The translations under genes were made by a program, and so were the position numbers. Below, in pieces: positions 9,622 through 17,210 of a stretch of 64,000 nt of DNA. Within the stretch, counting starts at the first letter, position 1. Every line of letters starts with the position of its first letter. The notes below the pieces were generated by a model. It had not been told where the DNA came from. It ran no database searches and saw nothing but the letters and a program-made list of their open reading frames with translations. This DNA is from an uncultured Flavobacteriales bacterium (GTDB taxonomy: Bacteria > Pseudomonadota > Alphaproteobacteria > UBA8366 > CAVOAK01): assembly GCA_964419045.1 (NCBI GenBank), contig CAYQNO010000019.1, positions 413,918-477,917 on the forward strand. Reading direction: 5' to 3'.

Positions 9622-10467
9622 TTATTCCTGTTCGCGGGTGCGGTTATTGATAGTGTAATTGTTGGCTCCGCGCTTTAAAGGCTGGATCAGCATCTTATGT
9701 AGGTGCAGATCATTTGATTCGCAAAAGGCATTTAGGCCAATGGTCATTGATTCGTGCCCACGGCTAGGCTGATCCCGATAAGTTCCAAAGAGACGATCCC
9801 AATAGGGTAAGTTGAATCCAAAGTTGCTGTTTGTTTCCGAGGCAACATCCGAATGGTGAACGCGGTGCATGTCGGGAGTCACAATGATCCAACGCAAAAT
9901 CCGATCTAGTGGCAATGGTAGTCGAAGGTTGCCATGGTTGAACAATGATGAGCCGTTAAGTAACACCTCAAATATGACCACTGCCACTGCCGGTGGTCCT
10001 ATAATTAATATAGCAACAAATTTGATTAACGTGGATACGATGATTTCGCCCGGATGAAATCGTGCCCCCGTAGTTACGTCAAAATCGAGATCTGCATGAT
10101 GCATTCGATGCAATCGCCAAAGAGCTGGTACCGCGTGAAACATGACATGCTGCAGATAGATTATTAGATCGAGAACCACTATTGAGATTAGTATGTCCAG
10201 CCAGAAAGGCAGTGTTACGAAATTTAGAGCTCCCCAGCCCCGCAGTTCCGTTGTGACAGCAAGTACGACCGGCGCTATCGGTATAAGAAAGCGAACTACA
10301 ATCGTGTTGAGTAAAGCGACGCCTATATTGCTATACCATCGTAGCCACCGAGGCTGAGTGAGCGCTCGTCGCGGCGCGATCAATTCCCAAACAACGATTA
10401 AGGTAAAGATGCCGAGGAAGAAGCTTAACCGGATCACCAACTCATGGTTACTAATAAATTCCAACAT
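9622..10467 (-). CDS. Sterol desaturase / fatty acid hydroxylase superfamily membrane protein
   Basis: 281 aa. His boxes HVMFH, HRMHHAD, HRVHHS. Four or more TM helices. Confidence 0.8.
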   Translation of the reverse strand: MLEFISNHELVIRLSFFLGIFTLIVVWELIAPRRALTQPRWLRWYSNIGVALLNTIVVRFLIPIAPVVLAVTTELRGWGALNFVTLPFWLDILISIVVLDLIIYLQHVMFHAVPALWRLHRMHHADLDFDVTTGARFHPGEIIVSTLIKFVAILIIGPPAVAVVIFEVLLNGSSLFNHGNLRLPLPLDRILRWIIVTPDMHRVHHSDVASETNSNFGFNLPYWDRLFGTYRDQPSRGHESMTIGLNAFCESNDLHLHKMLIQPLKRGANNYTINNRTREQE

Positions 10468-10569
10468 AACACTATCCTGTCGTGCTTAGTGCAAACACGT
10501 ACTTAATGCTCTGCTTGTGGCATCATCGGCTCAAAGCTACACTCACGTAAACAAAGTTTAGCAGGTATC

Positions 10570-12846
10570 ATGTTAACACAACGAGATAAAGACGTGCGAC
10601 TACCTCCTGGGCGTACCGAAGATAAAAGGCTACTGAGAGGATGTGGGCGCTTTGTTGCTGACATCGAGTTACCGCAACAACTTGCCGCATGTCTGCACCG
10701 TTCACCACACGCACATGCTCGAATTTGTCGAATTGATGTGACTCCGGCATTAAAATTGCCAGGGATCAAAGCAGTTTACACCGCAGTCGATCTTGATGCA
10801 GCTGGAATTACAGACATGCCAAGAACCAAGATGTGGATGGATACGAGTCCACCAATTCCTTCTCGCCCTATTCTTGCAAGAGATACGGTAAGGTTTGTCG
10901 GTGAAGGTATTGCCTTAGTTGTGGGAGTCTCACCTGAACTGGCTCGGGAAGCGGCTGAACTAATTGATGTAGAATTCGAGCCGTTGTCACCGTTAACTAA
11001 TATGCGTGAAGCGAGTGAGTTTTGCTTTGACTGGGAGGCTGGTGACCGCAAGGCGGTGGACCACGCGTTCTCTAATGCTTTTCACACAACATCTTTCGAA
11101 ACAGTCTTCAACCGGATTGCCGTAAGTCCGCTAGAAACGCGTGCTGCGATCGGCGAATATAATTCGAAATATGGCTTTCGCCTCCATGTGCAGAGTCAGG
11201 GCGTTCACCATATTCGTAATGTACTAGCTGATACGGTACTTGGCATTTCGCGTGACCAACTTCAAGTGTTGACCGATGATGTTGGTGGCGCATTTGGCAT
11301 GAAAGTGTCAGCGTTCCCTGAATATGCGCTCGTTCTCCACGCAGCGCGCCAACTTGGATTGCCGGTCAAATGGGTTAGCAGTCGAACGGAAGCCTTTCTT
11401 AGTGACACCCATGGTCGCGATCAAATTGTTCAGGCTGATGTTGCCTTTGATAATAATGGGCGTATTGTCGGGCTACAAGCGTCTAACCTGTCGTCTATGG
11501 GAGCTTATGTCACGGGCGATGGACCCGAAATGGCAACTAATCAGTTTGCTAAGGTATTTGGGCACACTTATGCTGTGCCCGCGTTGCACGTGCGGGTACG
11601 CGGTGTCTGCACCAATATGACGCCTATTGCCGCCTATCGTGGTTATGGTAAACCGGAGGCAATCTCGGTCGTGGAGCGGCTGCTTGACAGAGCTGCAATT
11701 GAGATGGATATCGATCGTATTGAGCTGCGACGCCGAAACCTCATCTCAGAATCATCTATGCCCTACACCAATTTACTTGGCAAAACATATGATAGTGGTG
11801 CGTTCGAGCATGTTATGGACAGTGTGCTGAAACAGGCGGATTGGGATAGATTTTCTGCTCGCCGTGCCGAGAGCGAAGCACAAGGAAAACGACGAGGTAT
11901 AGGCGTTGGTCTGTGCCTGCAGATGACTATGGGTCTATCAAAAGAAGAAAGCGAGGTTTCCCTATCCGCCGATGGAATGGTTATTGTGAAGACTAGCATG
12001 CAAGCGTGCGGCCAAGGACATGAGACAACATATGCCCAATTGGTATCGGAGCGTCTTGGCATTTCAATGAGTGCCGTCCGTGTTGAGCAGGGTGATTCTC
12101 GACATTTGCCTGATGGTATTGGTACAGGTGCTTCCACAGGGTTGACAATTGGTGGTAGCTCGATTTTTCGGGCGACAGAGATGTTGATCGAAAATTGCAT
12201 GCCCCATGTGGCAGAGCACATGGAGGTGGCAGTTGATGATATCGTGTTTGGAGAGGGGCAGTTCAGTGTCACCGGAACCGATCGGCATATAGGGTTGTTC
12301 GAGTTTGCCAAAAACTTTGCAGCTGATAATGTGTTAGTGAATTCAAACCCTTGCATTTCGCGTATTAAGTTGGAGAGCAATTTAGAATCTACGCCAAATG
12401 GTGCATATGTAGCAGAGGTAGAAGTTGACCCGGAGACCGGTGAGATAACGCTCATTGCCGTTACGGCTGTCAATGATTTGGGTCAGGTTATCAACCCTTC
12501 AATAGCCGAGGGTCAAATCCATGGTGGAGTTGCACAGGGTGTGGGACAGGCTATGTTTGAGGATGTGATTTACGATACTGTAACAGGGCAACTTCTAACG
12601 GGTTCATTCATGGATTACTGTTTGCCCCGGGCCAGAGATCTGCCGACTCTAGTTGCTGTGAGCGAGGGTATCCCCACAAAAAATAATCCGCTTGGGTCTA
12701 AGGGAGCTGGTGAGATTGGTGTAATCGGAAGTCTGGCGCCAATTCTTAATGCCGTGGCGGATGCAATTGGCAACGATGAATTCGATATGCCGATGTTATC
12801 AGAATGCATATGGCTACGGCTTCGTGCACAAGATCACGTAGGCTAA
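10570..12846 (+). CDS. Xanthine dehydrogenase-family molybdopterin-binding large subunit (form-II CoxL-like / aldehyde oxidase-like)
   Basis: 758 aa. VGGAFGMK, AAYRGYGKPEA loop (resembles the form II AYRGAGR as I recall it), GSKGAGEIG near the C-terminus. No adjacent 2Fe-2S or FAD subunit genes. Confidence 0.85.
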   Translation: MLTQRDKDVRLPPGRTEDKRLLRGCGRFVADIELPQQLAACLHRSPHAHARICRIDVTPALKLPGIKAVYTAVDLDAAGITDMPRTKMWMDTSPPIPSRPILARDTVRFVGEGIALVVGVSPELAREAAELIDVEFEPLSPLTNMREASEFCFDWEAGDRKAVDHAFSNAFHTTSFETVFNRIAVSPLETRAAIGEYNSKYGFRLHVQSQGVHHIRNVLADTVLGISRDQLQVLTDDVGGAFGMKVSAFPEYALVLHAARQLGLPVKWVSSRTEAFLSDTHGRDQIVQADVAFDNNGRIVGLQASNLSSMGAYVTGDGPEMATNQFAKVFGHTYAVPALHVRVRGVCTNMTPIAAYRGYGKPEAISVVERLLDRAAIEMDIDRIELRRRNLISESSMPYTNLLGKTYDSGAFEHVMDSVLKQADWDRFSARRAESEAQGKRRGIGVGLCLQMTMGLSKEESEVSLSADGMVIVKTSMQACGQGHETTYAQLVSERLGISMSAVRVEQGDSRHLPDGIGTGASTGLTIGGSSIFRATEMLIENCMPHVAEHMEVAVDDIVFGEGQFSVTGTDRHIGLFEFAKNFAADNVLVNSNPCISRIKLESNLESTPNGAYVAEVEVDPETGEITLIAVTAVNDLGQVINPSIAEGQIHGGVAQGVGQAMFEDVIYDTVTGQLLTGSFMDYCLPRARDLPTLVAVSEGIPTKNNPLGSKGAGEIGVIGSLAPILNAVADAIGNDEFDMPMLSECIWLRLRAQDHVG

Positions 12847-12853
12847 TAGTTTC

Positions 12854-13099
12854 TTATTTGCTAGTTGGCGGGATTGTATCGTCACAGCCTTCGGTCGGAT
12901 TACGACGAATGCGCTCGATAGCAAAAATCGTTAAAACTAGGAAAATGCCAAGCATAGGGAATAAAATATAATTGATCCATTCGAGCCAAGTAGTAAGGCC
13001 AAATACGTTAAATATGGTCTCTAGAAATGGAGTGAAACAGCATATGGAAGTAAGTGCGCTTCCGGTGATACCTGTGCGCAGTAACTCGCGTGGCTTCAT
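12854..13099 (-). CDS. MerF-like small two-TM membrane protein (putative metal transporter)
   Basis: 81 aa. LTSICCFTPFL vicinal Cys pair in TM1, a second TM (ILFPMLGIFLVLTIFAI), and a single Cys in GCDD in the C-terminal tail. Its ATG overlaps the TGA of the upstream COG0523 gene. Resemblance to MerF is from memory of that family. Confidence 0.6.
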   Translation of the reverse strand: MKPRELLRTGITGSALTSICCFTPFLETIFNVFGLTTWLEWINYILFPMLGIFLVLTIFAIERIRRNPTEGCDDTIPPTSK

Positions 13100-14184
13100 G
13101 GTGTCATAGAGCCGTCACCGGCTACGAAAGCTGTAAACATTTTTTCGATAGGTTCTCGATTTAAATTTCGTGTAATCATCACAATGCGGGAGCGTTTATC
13201 GTTGTCGGGCCACATCTCAAGCATGGTTGGGGGATGAAAAACGTGCTGCACACCGTGGATTACGACCGGCTGATCCGTTTGATCCACGTTGAGAATGCCT
13301 TTGATGCGTAGCAAAGATTCCCCATGAAGTGCAATGAGAGCCTCAATCCAGCACACGAATCCTTCCCATTTAAGTGGTTCATCGTACGTTAGGCAGAAAG
13401 AACTGATGCTTTCGTCATGACGATTCACATCGTGGTGATGATCATGTTTGTGGTTGTGCGCTTTATGATCGTTGCCATTCTCCTTAACAGCATAGGACTC
13501 TTCTTGCAGCCAGTTCGCGACATCAGGTACTTTCTTGGTTGGGTCGAATAGGCCACAATTGAACAATGTTACGGGGTCAATTTCCCCATGCTTGACCTGG
13601 TAAATGGGAGCCGCGGGGTTGAGTTCCTGCAGTCTCTCGGTTAGTATCCTGACCTCATCTTTTTCAGCAATATCCCCTTTAGTCACTAGAAGTCGATCGG
13701 CAACAGCGGCCTGTTTTACCGACTCGTAATGACTATTCAACTGCGTTGAGCCATTGACTCCATCGACAGTTGAAATCACACCATCAAGTCGATAGCGTGC
13801 GGCAAGTACAGGATCGCTCATCAGTGTGTGAAGGATCGGTGCCGGGTCTGCTAGGCCAGTCGTTTCAATTACTAGGCGGTTGAATTCCGGTATTTCACCC
13901 TTGGCTCGGCGAACGAAAAGGTTGCGTAAAGTGTCGATCAAGTCACCACGGATGGTACAGCACAGGCAACCGCTGTTTAACAAAACAGTATCCTCGCCCG
14001 ATTGCTCCACGAGCATATGATCGAGACCCACCTCGCCGAATTCGTTGATGACCACTGCTGTATTAGCCATCCCTGGGTGATGTAAAAGACGGGCCAAAAG
14101 TGTCGTCTTTCCGCTACCAAGGAATCCTGTCAAAACTGATACGGGAAGTCGGGCGTTTGCCTCAGGAATCTGTACTTCGGTCAT
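13096..14184 (-). CDS. COG0523 G3E-family metallochaperone GTPase (CobW/YeiR/ZigA-like)
   Basis: 362 aa. Walker A GFLGSGKTTLL, CLCC (CxCC) metal motif at 13957-13968, ETTGLADP, His-rich insert HKAHNHKHDHHHDVNRHD at 13417-13470, CobW_C-like C-terminus. Confidence 0.9.
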   Translation of the reverse strand: MTEVQIPEANARLPVSVLTGFLGSGKTTLLARLLHHPGMANTAVVINEFGEVGLDHMLVEQSGEDTVLLNSGCLCCTIRGDLIDTLRNLFVRRAKGEIPEFNRLVIETTGLADPAPILHTLMSDPVLAARYRLDGVISTVDGVNGSTQLNSHYESVKQAAVADRLLVTKGDIAEKDEVRILTERLQELNPAAPIYQVKHGEIDPVTLFNCGLFDPTKKVPDVANWLQEESYAVKENGNDHKAHNHKHDHHHDVNRHDESISSFCLTYDEPLKWEGFVCWIEALIALHGESLLRIKGILNVDQTDQPVVIHGVQHVFHPPTMLEMWPDNDKRSRIVMITRNLNREPIEKMFTAFVAGDGSMTP

Positions 14185-14516
14185 CTAATTGTCTTCCTGT
14201 GGTGCTATTGTTTACCTACTACAACTAAGATAAGTATCCCTAACCTTAATTGCTTCTTGTACGGAAACTCAAAGCCCTATTCGCTCTGTACCATCGCGGA
14301 TAAGGCGGATATTCTTTGGATCTGTCATGCCTTGTATTGTAGCACATTCCCGGCAAATCAAAAGTCGGCCAGTATTTGGAAGGGAATTTTGGTGGTCTTG
14401 ATCATTGGCAAAAATCGGAATGGATGTCCAATTTGTGTAATAACATTGGTTGCATCATAACTTACAACGGTGTCCTATGAGGGTAATAATCTCATTCCTA
14501 ATTACGAATTTTACTT

Positions 14517-15959
14517 ATGTCTGTAGATGAGACTCTTACTACGCTTACGGCTCGCGAGGTTGTAACAAAATTAAGGTCTGGCGACGTTAGTCCACTTGAA
14601 CTTGTTGAAGCAGCGCTGGCGCGTCATGAGGAAGTTGATGGTTCGGTTAATGCCCTACCCACAATCTGTGCTGAACGTGCGCGTGATCATGCACTCCACT
14701 TAATGAACTCTGGGGCTATGTTTGATGATGTTCTGATGAATCATGCTGGTTGGCTAGGAGGCTTACCAATAGCTGTTAAGGATCTGCTTGACGTAAAAGG
14801 AGTGCGGACAACCTATGGATCCCCGATATTCAAAGAAAACATCTCGGAATTTTCGGATCTTGTGGTTGAAAAATTAGAAGAAAGTGGTGCGATCGTTTTG
14901 GGAAAATCGAATACGCCGGAGTTTGGTGCTGGCGCAAACACTTTCAACGAAGTGTTCGGAAAATCGCGAAATCCTTGGAATACGGAGTTAACCTGTGGCG
15001 GTTCGTCAGGAGGATCAGCAGTAGCTTTAGCAACTGGGCAAGTCTGGTTGGCTACGGGCTCGGACCTTGGTGGTTCCCTTCGTATTCCGGCGAGTTTTTG
15101 CTCTGTTGTCGGTTTACGACCAAGTCCAGGCCGCGTTGCACGAGGACCGGTATCGATGCCATTTGATTTTTTAAGTGTCGAAGGGCCGATGGCCCGCAAT
15201 GTAGGCGACGTAGCGTTGATGTTGGATGCGATGAGTGGATGGCATGCTTTTGATCCAATCTCACTACCTGACTCGTCCAGTTCGTTTTTAATGGATCTCG
15301 AAATTCCGGAAATACCAAGCCGAGTAGCGTTTAGTAGGGACCTAAATTTTTTACCGGTCGACGGAGAGGTGGCGGATGTTTGCGAAGTTGCATGTAGAAA
15401 GCTAGAGTCATGTGGAGCAATTGTTGAAGAAATCTGTCCGAATTTTACTGACGCTGCAAAAATCTTTCAGACCTTGAGAGCGGCTCTGTTTGCCTCTCGT
15501 TTTGCATCCTTATTGGAGGAGCGGAGGGATTTACTCAAACCAGAAATTATTTGGAATATCGAAAAGGGTCTAAAATTAACGGCTGATGAGATCGGTCAGG
15601 CTGAACGTGCGCGAGCGACCATGTACGAAGAGGTCAGTCGCTTTTTTGAAAAATTTGACCTTTTGATTTGTCCGGCGGTTACGGTGCCACCCTTTGATGT
15701 GGAAATACGCTATATTACCGAGGTTGCGGATCGCAAGTTTGATAATTATGTAGATTGGCTGGGTTTTACATATGCGATTACGCTGACCACGTGCCCGGCA
15801 ATTTCAGTGCCTGTAGGATTCAATAAGGATGGGTTACCAATAGGGCTGCAAATGGTAGGTCGTCCAAAAGGCGACGGTGAACTTCTTAATTTCGCATCTG
15901 TATTGGAGGGTGAGATTAATATAGGTGATTTCGTACCATTGCCGATCGATCCTAGGTAA
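14517..15959 (+). CDS. Amidase-signature family amidase
   Basis: 480 aa. AVKDLLDVKG (catalytic Lys region) and the GGSSGGSAVALATG signature. Confidence 0.88.
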   Translation: MSVDETLTTLTAREVVTKLRSGDVSPLELVEAALARHEEVDGSVNALPTICAERARDHALHLMNSGAMFDDVLMNHAGWLGGLPIAVKDLLDVKGVRTTYGSPIFKENISEFSDLVVEKLEESGAIVLGKSNTPEFGAGANTFNEVFGKSRNPWNTELTCGGSSGGSAVALATGQVWLATGSDLGGSLRIPASFCSVVGLRPSPGRVARGPVSMPFDFLSVEGPMARNVGDVALMLDAMSGWHAFDPISLPDSSSSFLMDLEIPEIPSRVAFSRDLNFLPVDGEVADVCEVACRKLESCGAIVEEICPNFTDAAKIFQTLRAALFASRFASLLEERRDLLKPEIIWNIEKGLKLTADEIGQAERARATMYEEVSRFFEKFDLLICPAVTVPPFDVEIRYITEVADRKFDNYVDWLGFTYAITLTTCPAISVPVGFNKDGLPIGLQMVGRPKGDGELLNFASVLEGEINIGDFVPLPIDPR

Positions 15960-16054
15960 GATTGTAAACTTATACGTAGCAATTCATTTCGGTCCAAGGC
16001 TGCTGCGCTAATATATTGTCGTGAATTAAGTATGGTTGTCGTCAGGAACCAAAT

Positions 16055-17020
16055 ATGAAAATTATGCGACATTATGATGCAATTCCACACAAGTTTCGCG
16101 GAAGTGTCGTTCTCATCGGTAATTTCGATGGTGTGCACCAGGGTCACAAGGAGGTAATAGGAAAAGCGGCTCAGTGGGCACGAGCAAGTGAGGTGCCGCT
16201 GGTTCTTATAACTTTCGAACCCCATCCTAGGCGGTACTTTCGACCGAAGGATCCGCCGTTTAGCCTAACACCACTCCGTAGTAAGATGCGGCATCTTAGT
16301 ACTTTGGGCTTGGACCTCATATTATTGTTACATTTTGACGATAAATTATCACAAAAGTCAGCGGAGGATTTCGCCCGAGAACTTCTGACAGAAGCACTTG
16401 AAGCTTCTAGGGTAGTTGTCGGATATAATTTTGTGTTTGGTCACAAACGAAAAGGCGACGTGTCATTACTAAAATCAATCTCCAGGACACATGGCTTTTC
16501 TGTCGCGGAAATTGAACCTGTTGGCACCGTGGGAGGCGAAGTCTATTCATCAACCCTAATTCGTGAATATCTGGAGTCTGGAAAACCTATTCGTGCTGCT
16601 GAGTTGCTGGGCCGTCCTTTCGAAATTGAAGGCCGTGTGATCCCCGGCGATCGTCGAGGCGTTAAGATTGGGTTTCCCACCGCGAATATAAGTTTAGGTG
16701 ATTATATCAGACCCGCATTCGGTGTCTATGCGGTGCATGCCGGAGAGGTTCAAGGCGAAAAAATGGTATGGCATGAAGGTGTTGCTAATCTCGGTATACG
16801 ACCGACAGTTGACGGGTCACTTCCCTTGCTTGAAACATATTTATTCGATTTTTCTGATGACCTTTACGGCAGGCATCTCAGGGTACGCCTCATTGAATAT
16901 CTTCGTCCAGAACGGAAGTTCGAAAACCTTGACACTTTGAGTGCCCAGATTGCAGAGGATTGCGAGAGTGCTCGCAGAATGCTTCTAAAGTGCGACAAGG
17001 GCGCACTTGACCGCCTCTAA
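16055..17020 (+). CDS. ribF: Bifunctional riboflavin kinase / FAD synthetase
   Basis: 321 aa. GNFDGVHQGH, GFPTANI, and LRPERKFENLDTLSAQIAED in the C-terminal kinase domain. Confidence 0.95.
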   Translation: MKIMRHYDAIPHKFRGSVVLIGNFDGVHQGHKEVIGKAAQWARASEVPLVLITFEPHPRRYFRPKDPPFSLTPLRSKMRHLSTLGLDLILLLHFDDKLSQKSAEDFARELLTEALEASRVVVGYNFVFGHKRKGDVSLLKSISRTHGFSVAEIEPVGTVGGEVYSSTLIREYLESGKPIRAAELLGRPFEIEGRVIPGDRRGVKIGFPTANISLGDYIRPAFGVYAVHAGEVQGEKMVWHEGVANLGIRPTVDGSLPLLETYLFDFSDDLYGRHLRVRLIEYLRPERKFENLDTLSAQIAEDCESARRMLLKCDKGALDRL

Positions 17021-17210
17021 CCCCACACCATAGGATGTGAATCTATTTTCGCACGCCGAGACGCACACACATCGTGTCCTATACAAAAGGCGGGGCTGGT
17101 TCTCTAGTATCAAGCGCCGCGGGTTTGTCTGCAGCCTGTGTGTCGTTAAGGAATGGGTAAATCATGATTCCACTTGGTGATTTGGGCTTGCTCAAACGGG
17201 ACGTCTCGCG

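Noticed and set aside
14257-14460. 67-aa plus-strand ORF (TTG start) in the COG0523/amidase intergenic region.
   Set aside because: It has a non-ATG start, no RBS and an odd Cys/Ile-rich composition with no family resemblance. The opposite strand shows a more protein-like but start-less frame, reported separately as a low-interest finding.
8527-16054. Possible genomic island integrated at tRNA-Gly. The block of mixed-orientation accessory-like genes runs from the tRNA to ribF.
   Set aside because: No integrase, transposase or phage genes are present. I found no direct repeat of the tRNA 3' end near the ribF boundary, and there is no obvious compositional break. It looks like ordinary variable metabolic content.
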